A DNA stretch of 32,000 nt from Candidatus Iainarchaeum sp. Lineage in GTDB: Archaea; Iainarchaeota; Iainarchaeia; Iainarchaeales; JAZDEL01. This document shows, piece after piece, positions 14,330 through 23,543 of the stretch; position 1 is the stretch's first letter; every line of letters begins with the position of its first letter. The DNA lies in NCBI GenBank assembly GCA_043808785.1, contig JAZDEL010000001.1, positions 90,001-122,000 on the forward strand, in the 5' to 3' direction. The position numbers and the translations under genes are program-made. The notes beneath the pieces are model-generated. The model searched no databases. It was not told the DNA's origin and saw only the letters and a program-made list of their open reading frames with translations.

Positions 14330-16180
14330 ATGAAATTCTCCTCCTTAGCGGGGCATTTCTCGCGCATCGAGAAGGCGAGTTCGCGCCTTGAAATGGCGGG
14401 CATACTTGCCGAAATGCTGGCTGAGGCATCCGCGGATGAAATAGCAAGCCTCGTCTACCTCTGCCAGGGAAAGGTTGCCCCCTCATATGCGGGAATTGAA
14501 ACAGGCATGGGTGAAAAGTTCATCGAGGAGGCGATAGCGCAGAGCAGCGGGCACGAGAAAACGGAAGTTGTGAAACTTTACAAAAAATTGGGCGATTTGG
14601 GGCTTGTTGCCGAGGAACTCGCGTCAAGCAAAAAGCAGCGCGCGCTCTTCAGTTCGGAATTGACGCTCGAAAAGGTGTTCGCGAATTTCCTGAAGATTTC
14701 GAAAACCGCGGGCAAGGGCACGCAGGATTTGAAAATAAAACTTCTTGCCGAATTGCTGAATTCCGCCGGCGCTGCGGAGGCGCGCTATATAATCCGCATA
14801 CCTCTCGGCAACCTGCGCCTCGGGATAGGCGACCCGACAATTATGGATGCGTTTGCGCTGAACTACGCGGGAGAGTTTGTTAAAAAAGAGAAAAGGCAGG
14901 TTGCGGAGATTGAAAAAAACCTCAAGGAAAAAAAGCAGGAGAAGCGCGATGCCGAACTTGCCCTGCGCGTGAAGCAAAAACTGCGCGGGCACATAGAGGA
15001 GAAATACAATATCCACTCGGATTTGGGGCACATAGGGGAACTGCTCAAAAAGGGCGGAATTGCGGGGCTTGAGCGCGTTGAAATTACGCCCGGCGTTCCC
15101 ATACGCCCCACGCTTGCCGAGCGCCTTCCAAGCGCGGAGGAAATAGTGAAAAAACTCGGCAAATGCGCAGTCGAGGCGAAGTATGACGGCTTCCGCCTGC
15201 AGTGCCACAAACAAGGGAATGAGATTGCGATTTTTTCCCGCAACTCCGAGAACATGACGCACATGTTCCCCGAAATCGTGAAGGCGATAAGGGCGCAGAT
15301 TAAGCCCAAGGATGCGATTTTCGAGGGCGAAGCCCTTGCCTACAGCGAGGAAACGAACGAGTACCTGCCCTTCCAGGCAACCATGCGGCGCAAGCGCAAG
15401 TACGACATAGGCGCAAAGTCAAAGGAGTTCCCCCTGAGGCTTTTTGTTTTCGACGTGATGTATGCGGGAGGGGAGGATATGATGCCAAAGCCCTTCATCG
15501 AAAGGCGCAAAAAACTCGCGGAAATTTTGGGGAAGGGGGACGTGATTGCGCTTACCGACAGCATAATGACCGATGATGCCAAAAAAATAAACGAATTCTT
15601 CGAGCGCAATGTAGGTTCTGGTTTGGAGGGCATAATCGCAAAGGACCTTAATGCGAAATACATAGCGGGCGCGCGCAAGTTCGCGTGGATAAAGCTCAAG
15701 CGCTCCTACAGGGGCGAACTGAACGACAGTGTCGATGTTGTAATAATAGGATATTTCAAAGGCAGGGGCCAGCGCACGAAATTCGGCCTAGGCGCACTGC
15801 TCACGGCGGTTTATGACAGCGCAAGCTCGGGTTACAAATCCGTTGCAAAAATAGGCACAGGCCTGAGCGAGGAGCAATTGGGAAGCATGGAAAAAATGCT
15901 GGGCAAAATAAAAACAAAAACAAAGCCGCCCGCGGTTGACTCGGAATTGGTTCCCGATGCGTGGGTCGAGCCGCGCTATGTCATCGAGGTTGTTGCGGAT
16001 GAAATCACGCGCAGCCCGATACACGCGGCGGGAAAGGAAAAGGGCGAAAGCGGTTATGCCCTCAGGTTCCCGCGCATGGTTTCCGTGCGTTCGGACAAAA
16101 GCCCCGAGGACGCGACAACCGTTAAGGAAATAATCAAAATGCATAATAACCAGAAGCGCGTAAGCCTTGCTGAGAAGTGA
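14330..16180 (+). CDS. lig: ATP-dependent DNA ligase
   Basis: Adenylation motif I AVEAKYDGFRLQ, motif III LFVFDVMY, motif IV EGIIAK, motif V WIKLK, an OB-fold domain and an N-terminal DNA-binding domain starting at MKFSSLAGHFSRIE. The ORF extension back to 13967 is rejected. Confidence 0.95.
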   Translation: MKFSSLAGHFSRIEKASSRLEMAGILAEMLAEASADEIASLVYLCQGKVAPSYAGIETGMGEKFIEEAIAQSSGHEKTEVVKLYKKLGDLGLVAEELASSKKQRALFSSELTLEKVFANFLKISKTAGKGTQDLKIKLLAELLNSAGAAEARYIIRIPLGNLRLGIGDPTIMDAFALNYAGEFVKKEKRQVAEIEKNLKEKKQEKRDAELALRVKQKLRGHIEEKYNIHSDLGHIGELLKKGGIAGLERVEITPGVPIRPTLAERLPSAEEIVKKLGKCAVEAKYDGFRLQCHKQGNEIAIFSRNSENMTHMFPEIVKAIRAQIKPKDAIFEGEALAYSEETNEYLPFQATMRRKRKYDIGAKSKEFPLRLFVFDVMYAGGEDMMPKPFIERRKKLAEILGKGDVIALTDSIMTDDAKKINEFFERNVGSGLEGIIAKDLNAKYIAGARKFAWIKLKRSYRGELNDSVDVVIIGYFKGRGQRTKFGLGALLTAVYDSASSGYKSVAKIGTGLSEEQLGSMEKMLGKIKTKTKPPAVDSELVPDAWVEPRYVIEVVADEITRSPIHAAGKEKGESGYALRFPRMVSVRSDKSPEDATTVKEIIKMHNNQKRVSLAEK

Positions 16181-16184
16181 TGTT

Positions 16185-16439
16185 ATGGCACACAAAACCC
16201 TTGCATGGGTGGAAAGGATTTTTTTATTCCTCCTCGCATTCGGGCTGGTTGTTTATTTCGTAATCGCCTTCAACAAATGGGCTGCGCCGCTTAAGGACGT
16301 TTTCCTTTTCACGGGCGACATAGAGAATTTCGTAATAATCACCGCCATGCTGTTCGCCCTTACCTTCGTTTTAAAGAAGCTCCTTGTCTGGGAGGCAAGG
16401 GCAACATTCGGCAGGCCGAGGAAAAGGGGGCGGAAGTAA
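16185..16439 (+). CDS. small two-TM membrane protein with a basic C-terminus (holin-like architecture)
   Basis: TM1 is IFLFLLAFGLVVYFVIAF, TM2 is FVIITAMLFALTFVLKKLL, and the tail is GRPRKRGRK. Its TAA stop is directly followed by the ATG of the SLT gene. Confidence 0.55.
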   Translation: MAHKTLAWVERIFLFLLAFGLVVYFVIAFNKWAAPLKDVFLFTGDIENFVIITAMLFALTFVLKKLLVWEARATFGRPRKRGRK

Positions 16440-18029
16440 ATGGCAACCTCGATCTTTCGCCTTGCGGTTTACGCAATCGCCGCGCTCGCCTTTCTATGGA
16501 TAATGCTCGCGTACTTCGGTCCGCTGCCCGCAGAGAGCGTCGCGGAGCAGATGGGCAACGCGCTTGCATCCTCCAGAACCTCGCTCGGCAAAACCCTCAC
16601 GAAAGAAATCCTTTACCCTGAAAATTTTTCCGTGGATGCGGGGCAGCAGCTTGATGAACCCGACATGGGCGTTGTTTTCAAGTGCAATTCCGCAAGCCTC
16701 TGTTTGGGCGGGGCAGCGGATATTGACGAGGAAAACAGGCGCCTCTATGTGAATGAATCCCGCGATATTATGACCTCGTTCAGGTGTGCCGAGGAGATGG
16801 GGATGCACGCCTGCGTTGTCTATTTGGGGCTGGAGCCCGCGCAGGTTGAAATGCTAGATTTTGAATCCTCGGAAAAATACGACCTTGCCGCGGGGGATAA
16901 GCCGAAGATTTCGTTCACTGTTGCGAATACGGGGGAACTCGCCGCCGTTGAAATCACGGGCACCGCTATGGTTTACAGGAAAACCCTGCTTGGAGGAAAA
17001 GAAGTGGAGCAGCTCTTCCTCGGGCCTGTTGTGAAAACAGTGCGGGTGATTGAACCCGGCAAAACTGCGCATATTGATTTTGACTTCTCTTCAGGCATAA
17101 CGAAGAACGGCAAATATGCCGCTGATGTCAGGGTTGAGGGGCCTGATGCCGGGTTCGGGACGAAGAGGTTCGAGTTCGAGGTTGCGGGCGCCCCCGAAGT
17201 GCCGAGCGCCTGCGTGGCAAAAGAAGAGGGCGAAACAACGCTTGAATCGGGAATATGCATATTGCACTACCTCTGTGAAGGCTGTGAAAACGCCTCGGAA
17301 TGCAAGTGGGCGTGGGAGGAAAGGCTTCCCGGCGCGGAGTTCGAGATTGGGGCGCGCAATTACACAATCGCCGAGGATTGGGCAAATAAGTGGGGCTGCG
17401 GGGGCGAAGAACCAGAGCCGCCGATAGAGCCGCCAGTGGAGCCGCCAAGCAACGGAGACGGAAATCCGCCGATAGAGCCGCCAGTGGAGCCGCCTATGGA
17501 TGTGCCGGCGGATGTGATGGGCAAGCTGGAGTTTTATGCAAATAAATATGACGTGCCGCCCGAACTTGTGAAGGGATTGGTTGATGTCGAGAGCAACTTC
17601 CTGCACTACAAAAACGGGGCGATTCACACAAGCCCTGCCGGTGCAATAGGCATTATGCAGATAATGCCGCCGAGCAAACGCAAGAGTGCCGCTGGGCAGG
17701 ATTGCATTAATAATCATATAATCGAAAGCGAACAGGATTTGCATGACATAGAGCACAACATTGATTGCGGGGTCTGGTATCTGAGGCAGATATATAACCG
17801 TGCAGTCAGCAAGGGCGAGGTTTGCTGCAAGAAAGTGGTAACTGTAATTGTTAAAGGCAAGGAGGAGAAGGAGTGCCATAATGTATCTGTCAAGCCCTGC
17901 TATGTTGGGTGGCGTGCGGCACTGAGGCTCTATAATGGGCTGTGCTGCGGCATTTACAAAGGCAGCGAAAGCTATGTCGAACTTGTCGAGAGCAACTGCA
18001 AAAAGTACGGCCCCTGCGACCTCGGCTGA
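16440..18029 (+). CDS. secreted/membrane-anchored protein with C-terminal lytic transglycosylase (SLT) domain
   Basis: N-terminal TM helix, a CARDB-like beta domain (ISFTVANTGELAAVEITG...), a Cys-rich segment and a PPIEPPVEPP linker repeat. The SLT motifs are LVDVESNF (catalytic Glu-Ser), AIGIMQIMP, WYLRQIY and ALRLYNG. Confidence 0.8.
   Translation: MATSIFRLAVYAIAALAFLWIMLAYFGPLPAESVAEQMGNALASSRTSLGKTLTKEILYPENFSVDAGQQLDEPDMGVVFKCNSASLCLGGAADIDEENRRLYVNESRDIMTSFRCAEEMGMHACVVYLGLEPAQVEMLDFESSEKYDLAAGDKPKISFTVANTGELAAVEITGTAMVYRKTLLGGKEVEQLFLGPVVKTVRVIEPGKTAHIDFDFSSGITKNGKYAADVRVEGPDAGFGTKRFEFEVAGAPEVPSACVAKEEGETTLESGICILHYLCEGCENASECKWAWEERLPGAEFEIGARNYTIAEDWANKWGCGGEEPEPPIEPPVEPPSNGDGNPPIEPPVEPPMDVPADVMGKLEFYANKYDVPPELVKGLVDVESNFLHYKNGAIHTSPAGAIGIMQIMPPSKRKSAAGQDCINNHIIESEQDLHDIEHNIDCGVWYLRQIYNRAVSKGEVCCKKVVTVIVKGKEEKECHNVSVKPCYVGWRAALRLYNGLCCGIYKGSESYVELVESNCKKYGPCDLG
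17418..17494 (+). repeat. perfect 29-bp direct repeat (48-bp period) encoding PPIEPPVEPP
   Basis: CCGCCGATAGAGCCGCCAGTGGAGCCGCC occurs at 17418-17446 and at 17466-17494. Confidence 0.9.
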
Positions 18030-18067
18030 CCCCGAACGGTTAAAAGCCTAACCCTGCGAATCTAGTT

Positions 18068-18748
18068 ATGAACCTCGGCATCCTCCTAAGCGGCGGAAAG
18101 GACTCCTTGTACGCGGCTTACCTCGCGAAAAAGCAGGGGCACGAACTGGCGTGCGCAATCACGCTCCTGCCCAAGCGCGCGGATTCGTACATGTTCCACA
18201 CCCCCAACCTTTCGCTTGTGCCGCTTGTTGCGGAAGCAATTGGTTTGCCCCTCATTTCAGCGCAAACAAAAGGGGAAAAGGAAAAAGAATTGGCTGACCT
18301 CAAGAAGGCGATTGCGCTCGCAAAGAAAAAATACAAAATCGCGGGCGTGGTTTCTGGAGCTGTGAGGAGCAGTTACCAGAAGCAGCGCGTGGATAAAATC
18401 TGCGCGGAACTCGGCATCAGTTCAATTGCTCCCTTGTGGAACGCGGATGAGGAAAAATACCTGAAGGAACTGATTGCGGCGCGGTTCGATGTCATCATTG
18501 CCGCGGTTGCGGCGCAGGGGCTCGGGGAAAAATGGCTGGGGAAAAAAATCGATGCAGGGGCCGTGCGGGAACTTAAGGCGCTTCACGAAAGGCACGGCAT
18601 TTCAATTGCGGGGGAGGGCGGGGAGTTCGAGACATTCGTGCAGAACTGCCCGCTGTTCCGCAGGCGCATCGAAATCCTGCGCTCAAAAACAAAAATGGAG
18701 AACGAGTTCACGGGCGTGCTTGAAATCGGGGAAGCGAAATTTGCCTGA
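18068..18748 (+). CDS. PP-loop ATP pyrophosphatase of the MJ0570/Dph6 family (diphthine-ammonia ligase-like)
   Basis: N-terminal LLSGGKDS PP-loop, plus YMFHTPN, GVVSGAVRSSYQKQRVDKIC and GEGGEFETFV. Confidence 0.8.
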   Translation: MNLGILLSGGKDSLYAAYLAKKQGHELACAITLLPKRADSYMFHTPNLSLVPLVAEAIGLPLISAQTKGEKEKELADLKKAIALAKKKYKIAGVVSGAVRSSYQKQRVDKICAELGISSIAPLWNADEEKYLKELIAARFDVIIAAVAAQGLGEKWLGKKIDAGAVRELKALHERHGISIAGEGGEFETFVQNCPLFRRRIEILRSKTKMENEFTGVLEIGEAKFA

Positions 18749-18816
18749 TACCTTTCGCAGAACTGCCGCTTTTCGGCGCGCCTAATTAATCCTTCTGCCC
18801 CTGTTCGCACAGCCGC

Positions 18817-19533
18817 TCAGCGCTGCGGCTTTCTGGCTGAAATCCTGAAGAGGCTGGCAAGAACCTCGGCTGGCACATCCGCTTTGAATCCATATGCAGG
18901 CGCAAGAAGCCTCAAGCCGTCCGGCTTGGAGTATTTCCCAACTGTTTTGCCAAAATTCCCCAGAGCATGCTTCTCAAATTCCGACCCCTTAGCGAGGATT
19001 TCCTCCTTTGTCAGCATTTTTTCGGATAAAATTTGAAAACCCTGCTGCCTAAGTTCGTCTGCAAGAATATTCTTGAAATAGCCGTGCACAACAACAAGGA
19101 ACCTTCCGTTCGGCTTAAGGACGCGGAAAACCTCTTTTGCATACTGCCCCGCCTCGTTGTGGCTGGCCGCCTTTAATTCCTGCGCCCTTTCCATTGCTTG
19201 CGCGCCGACCCGCTCCAGCTCGGCTTTATGCCTTACCAGAAGCTTGTAATCAAGCAGAAGTTCGTCATTTGCAACTTTGACGCTATTGGGCTCCCGCCTC
19301 TTGAGAAATTCAAGGGCATCGCCTTGATGGAAAGCGCGATGCGATTGGCCTATAATCTTTCCATACTCATCAACAAGCACTCCCCTCTCCTTGTCAACTG
19401 AAACAAATTGTCCCCTCCTGTCTTCTGGCCGTTTGCCTCTTTTTTCAGCAAGCTTCCAGCCGCGTTCTGCGAACATCCCGCTGCCCAAATCCAGAAATGT
19501 AATGGGCTTCTTTTGCGGGCCCACCATGCTCAT
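18817..19533 (-). CDS. putative SAM-dependent methyltransferase-fold protein
   Basis: Motif I-like FLDLGSG and a motif near VLKPNGRFLVVV, with a long insertion between them. Its start lies 4 nt from the PfkB stop, and AAGGG precedes the ATG. Confidence 0.45.
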   Translation of the reverse strand: MSMVGPQKKPITFLDLGSGMFAERGWKLAEKRGKRPEDRRGQFVSVDKERGVLVDEYGKIIGQSHRAFHQGDALEFLKRREPNSVKVANDELLLDYKLLVRHKAELERVGAQAMERAQELKAASHNEAGQYAKEVFRVLKPNGRFLVVVHGYFKNILADELRQQGFQILSEKMLTKEEILAKGSEFEKHALGNFGKTVGKYSKPDGLRLLAPAYGFKADVPAEVLASLFRISARKPQR

Positions 19534-19536
19534 CCC

Positions 19537-20517
19537 TTAACCAAGCCTTTTCTTTTTATTCGCGCGGATGAATTTTTCTATTCCCGCGCGCGTGAGAAGG
19601 ATGTTTTTCGTCCCGAGGTGTTGTATCACGGAAGCCGCGTTTGCGCAGCCCCAGTCTATCGCCCCGGTGATTTCGCGCCCGCGGTGCAGCGCGGAAACGA
19701 ATGCGCAATTAAACGCGTCCCCCGCCCCTGTTGTGTCAAGAACCTTGACCCTGAACGGCTTCCCCAGGTGCATCTTTGTGCCATCGAAAACATGCACAGC
19801 TTTGGTTCCGTCGGTCACAACAACCAAACCCGAACCTTTCGTGTATTTTTTTATTTTTTTCATATTTCCGATTATGTCCGCATTCCGCCCTTTCGCGAGG
19901 AGCGCGGCCTCCTCGGCATTAACCATCAGCACATCTATGTGCCTTAGCGCAGGCGCGAGTTTTTTCAGCCCCGCGGAAATCTCCACTTTCCCGGGGTTCC
20001 AGGCAACCTTTATTTTGTGCTTTGCCGCAAACCCGACAACCTTGCGAACCAGCGACGGTTTTTTGTGCAGGGATGAGATGTAGAACCACTTCGCCTTCCC
20101 CAACGCGCGCCAGTTTATTTTTTTATCGCCCCCCAAATGCGCGGTGGCGCCGCGGTATGTGAGTATTATCCTGTCGCCGAACCCCGTGAGTATTGCGGAA
20201 TATGCGGTGCCGAGTTCCTTCGAGTGCAGGATAAGCGCTGTTGATACGTGCTCCCTCTTCAGTTCGCGCAGTATGGTGCCAGCGGATTCGTCATTGCCTA
20301 CTTCAGCGAGCAGCGCCGTCCTCAGCCCGAGGCGCGCGAAACCGACCGCACAGTTAGTGCCCCCTCCCCCCGTGAAAACATCGAGGTCCTCAATCTCGAG
20401 CTTTCTCCCCGGCGTGAGCATAACCTCGCCCCTGAACATGCGCGGGCGTATGTGTATGAAAACATCCTCGGTCGCGTTGCCTATGCATGCGACGTCGAAC
20501 TTTTTCCGCGATTTCAT
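19537..20517 (-). CDS. PfkB-family carbohydrate/nucleoside kinase
   Basis: An N-terminal GG dipeptide region (DVFTGGGGTNCAV) and the C-terminal signature DTTGAGDAFNCAF. The substrate cannot be called from the sequence. Confidence 0.85.
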   Translation of the reverse strand: MKSRKKFDVACIGNATEDVFIHIRPRMFRGEVMLTPGRKLEIEDLDVFTGGGGTNCAVGFARLGLRTALLAEVGNDESAGTILRELKREHVSTALILHSKELGTAYSAILTGFGDRIILTYRGATAHLGGDKKINWRALGKAKWFYISSLHKKPSLVRKVVGFAAKHKIKVAWNPGKVEISAGLKKLAPALRHIDVLMVNAEEAALLAKGRNADIIGNMKKIKKYTKGSGLVVVTDGTKAVHVFDGTKMHLGKPFRVKVLDTTGAGDAFNCAFVSALHRGREITGAIDWGCANAASVIQHLGTKNILLTRAGIEKFIRANKKKRLG

Positions 20518-20599
20518 TTTTTATGCCCCTTGCGAACTTTTTTGCGTTTTCATTTTTTCCTTGCTCCCTGCAAACCCCGCCGAACAATCCGCGCGTTTT

Positions 20600-21793
20600 T
20601 CATTTTTTTGCCTTACCCTCTTTCTCCGCCCATGCCCTCACCTTCTTTGCCGAACCGACCGCGCCGAAGGCGGAAAAGTGCTCCTTCGCCGCCTTGTACG
20701 CCCTTTCCGCAATCTCCCTCTCGGTCTTCTCCCCTATTGCGTAAATCCTCTTGAAAAATTCCTTGTGCGCGTTCTTCGAGTACGTGCCGAAAATCGCCTC
20801 CTTTCCCTCCAGGCCTTTTGACGCGGCATCCTTGGAATATTTTTCAAGCGTCCAGTCCTTTATGTCGCGGTAGAGCCTCGGTTCCTGCTCCCTGAAAACG
20901 TCCCACATTATGTTCTGCCAAAGCGTGCCAACATTGCCCTTTATTAGGTAGCGCCTGGGGAACGTCCTCTCTATTATCTCGAGCGGCGTTCCCGTGATGC
21001 CGTGCTGCACAATGCCGACATCCAGCCCCGCTTCGGCAAGCGCCTCCCCCACGGCAATAGTCTGCGGTATGTCTATTGTCAGCTGCGGAACGAGGTTGCC
21101 CTCCGCATCATAGGCATTGCCGTGCGCGGAGCCGTTAGCAATCGCAAGCCCGTGCGGGAAAACTCCGTTTTTGTTCAGCGCGCTTATGAAATAAACCGCC
21201 TCCTCCGGCTTTGTAAGCACTCGGCCGTGCTTGTCCCTTTTCCCTATCTCCCCCACCTCAACCTCCAAGCCAAACTGGAACCCGCGGGTTGTTTTTTTTA
21301 TGTGCTGCGCGAGTTCCGTTGTTGCCGCGACATTGCGCGCAAGTTCCTCCCCAACGGTCTTGCCCTCGTGGTTGAAAATGAAAGACGCGTCGATGGCAAA
21401 GGATGTGTAACCCGCCTTAACCTGCGCGCCGATTAGTTTCTTCGTGTCCGCGATTTCCTTTGCATCGCCCTTTTTTACGGTGGTGTGGTCGGCGTGCAGC
21501 GCCCACGCATCGAAGCCGGCTTTCTTCGCGGCATCGCGCGTGCGCTTTGCGAAATCCGCGGGCTTGAGCCCTGTGTAGCCGCCCTCGAGGTTGCACTCGC
21601 TCCTTGCAAGCTCCATCATTACCGCGGCATCCATGTCCTTTGCCGCCCTGAAAATCCCCTCGCTAACCCCGATGGTTGCGCGCGTGTTGCACGCCATTAT
21701 TATGGTTTCCTGCCCGTGCAGCGCATTGAACAAATGCGCGCCAGGCATCGGCCCGAAACCGGCGGGTTTTTTCATTTTCATTTCCCCCTGCAT
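20600..21793 (-). CDS. fba: class II (metal-dependent) fructose/ketose-bisphosphate aldolase
   Basis: Class II aldolase blocks LHADHT, FAIDASF, EVEVGEIG, IANGSAHGN and IVQHGITG. GAGAGG precedes the ATG at 21793. Confidence 0.85.
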   Translation of the reverse strand: MQGEMKMKKPAGFGPMPGAHLFNALHGQETIIMACNTRATIGVSEGIFRAAKDMDAAVMMELARSECNLEGGYTGLKPADFAKRTRDAAKKAGFDAWALHADHTTVKKGDAKEIADTKKLIGAQVKAGYTSFAIDASFIFNHEGKTVGEELARNVAATTELAQHIKKTTRGFQFGLEVEVGEIGKRDKHGRVLTKPEEAVYFISALNKNGVFPHGLAIANGSAHGNAYDAEGNLVPQLTIDIPQTIAVGEALAEAGLDVGIVQHGITGTPLEIIERTFPRRYLIKGNVGTLWQNIMWDVFREQEPRLYRDIKDWTLEKYSKDAASKGLEGKEAIFGTYSKNAHKEFFKRIYAIGEKTEREIAERAYKAAKEHFSAFGAVGSAKKVRAWAEKEGKAKK

Positions 21794-21808
21794 AAACCTC
21801 TCGGCAAG

Positions 21809-22714
21809 TTATTTTCCTTTTTTGCCCCCTACAAACTTCTCGGCAAGTTGTATTTCTTTCTTTCCCCCTATATAAAGCGGCACCCTCTGGGCAAGGGACC
21901 GCGGCTTTATCGAGAGTATGTCCTGCACGCCGTTGCTTGAGGCGCCTCCCGCCTGCGCGGCAATAAACGCCATCGGGTTTGCCTCGAACAAAAGGCGCAG
22001 CTTCCCCTCCGGCGCGCCCTTTGTCGCGGGATAGCAGAACACGCCGCCGTAATTCAGAATCTGGTTGAAATCCGCGGCAAAAGAACCCGAGAACCTCAGT
22101 TTGTATTTTTCTTTTTCGAGTTCCCCGATGAACCGCGCGTGCGCGGGCAGCCATTCCCCGCGCAGGCCGCCCGGGGAGTAGATCATGCCGTCGGGAAGCT
22201 GCATATTTTCCTTGCGCAAGACGAATTCGCCCTTCTCATCCATCGCGAATTCATGCACCCCGTCCTTCGCGCTGTATGTCAGGGTTGTCAGCGGGCCGTA
22301 AAGCACGAAGCAGGCTGCATCCATAAGCCCGCCCTTCTCGAGCACATCGCCCTCGTCGAAAATCCCGACAATGGTTCCGACGGAAAGGTTAGTGTCCACG
22401 CAGCTGCTGCCGTCCAGCGGGTCCAAAGTGACGCCGAACTCGCCCTCCGCCTTCTCGATTTCCGTGATTTCACCCTGCTCCTCGGAGGCGATTGTGCGCA
22501 CAATGCCGCTCTCCCTCAGCGCCTCGGTAAAAACACGGTCCGCATGCTTGTCCAGCTCCAGCTGCTGCTCGCCGTAGACGTTCTGCGTTCCCGAAAGCGC
22601 GTTGTGCGTATGGAACGCGCGCTTAACCACCTTTGACTGCTCGGCAACCAGCGAGATAATCTGCGAGATGCCCTTTTCAACGCCGCGCTTTTTGAGGTGC
22701 TCTTTGAGTTCCAT
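21809..22714 (-). CDS. fbp: fructose-1,6-bisphosphatase, class I
   Basis: GEQQLELDKHAD, IASEEQ, the metal-binding LDPLDGSS, and GSFAADFNQIL...GGVFCYP. The start was taken at MELKEHL (22714). Confidence 0.9.
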   Translation of the reverse strand: MELKEHLKKRGVEKGISQIISLVAEQSKVVKRAFHTHNALSGTQNVYGEQQLELDKHADRVFTEALRESGIVRTIASEEQGEITEIEKAEGEFGVTLDPLDGSSCVDTNLSVGTIVGIFDEGDVLEKGGLMDAACFVLYGPLTTLTYSAKDGVHEFAMDEKGEFVLRKENMQLPDGMIYSPGGLRGEWLPAHARFIGELEKEKYKLRFSGSFAADFNQILNYGGVFCYPATKGAPEGKLRLLFEANPMAFIAAQAGGASSNGVQDILSIKPRSLAQRVPLYIGGKKEIQLAEKFVGGKKGK

Positions 22715-22790
22715 GCCCGTTCCCTCAGCCAAAAATATGGAAAACAAAACTGTTTTTAACCGAACCGAGCCTACTTTTTGTGTGTTTTTT

Positions 22791-23522
22791 GTGAAAACCG
22801 AGCAGCTTTACCTGCGGAACTGCTATCTTAAGGGGGCGTCAGCTTCGGTTCTCGATGCCGGGGAGAACTGGTTCACGCCCGACAAAACAATTTTTTACCC
22901 CGAGGGCGGGGGGCAGCCCTCCGATACGGGAACCGTGAACCGGAACGGCAAAACCGCGAAAATAACCAAAGCGAAAAAGGAAGGGCAAGGCGTCAGGCAT
23001 TTTGTTGAAGGGCAAGTTCCGCCAAAGGGCGCAACCGTTGTGCTTACCCTCGACTGGGAACCGCGCTACTCCCACATGCGCTACCACACCGCCCAGCACC
23101 TTTTGAGTGCGATTGTGCTGGACAAATATGGCGCGGAAACCGCGGGGAACCAGATTTATTCCGACAGGGCGAGAATTGATTTCCGCCCCCTCAAAATAAA
23201 CGAAAGCGAGTTGGACTTGGTTTTGCAGGAATTCAACCGCCGGGTTGAAAAAGCCGTGCCCGTTAACTTATCCTTCGGCACGCGCGAAAGCGTGCTTTCG
23301 CAGGTAGATGAAAGGCGCAGGCGCCTGTTCGAGCGCGTGCCCGAAACAGTGAAAGAGGTGCGTGTCGTAAGCATTGAGGGCATAGATAAATGCCCCTGCG
23401 CGGGGACGCACGTTGCGAACACGCGCGAGCTGGGGAAAATAAAACTGAACAAAACCGAGAACAAGGGGAAGGATACCGTGCGCCTCGAGTTCACTCTCGG
23501 CGAACCCCCGCAGCCCCGCTGA
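22791..23522 (+). CDS. alaX: AlaX-type alanyl-tRNA editing protein
   Basis: TEQLYLRNCY at the N-terminus, FYPEGGGQPSDTG, the zinc motifs HTAQHLLS and CPCAGTHV. The start is probably GTG at 22791, with a TTTTTAAC box at 22753-22760. The ATG at 22737 is an alternative. The 22602 extension overlaps fbp and is rejected. Confidence 0.8.
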   Translation: MKTEQLYLRNCYLKGASASVLDAGENWFTPDKTIFYPEGGGQPSDTGTVNRNGKTAKITKAKKEGQGVRHFVEGQVPPKGATVVLTLDWEPRYSHMRYHTAQHLLSAIVLDKYGAETAGNQIYSDRARIDFRPLKINESELDLVLQEFNRRVEKAVPVNLSFGTRESVLSQVDERRRRLFERVPETVKEVRVVSIEGIDKCPCAGTHVANTRELGKIKLNKTENKGKDTVRLEFTLGEPPQPR

Positions 23523-23543
23523 AAAAAACACAACTTGTGTGTT

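Noticed and set aside
17091-17879. Long antisense ORFs opposite real genes: 17091..17879, 11666..12319, 14624..15262, 20144..20821, 29549..30394, 30207..30923, 5737..6213 and 8213..8713
   Set aside because: These are shadow frames of moderately GC-rich coding sequence. They are Arg/Cys/Pro/His-rich, contain no motifs, and each is fully contained within a gene that has clear family signatures on the other strand.
20543-20609. Repeated GCGTTTT(T)CATTTTTT motif in the aldolase-PfkB spacer
   Set aside because: There are two copies, about 50 bp apart, in a T-run-rich spacer. One copy overlaps the aldolase stop. This is likely low-complexity or oligo-T termination sequence rather than a discrete element.
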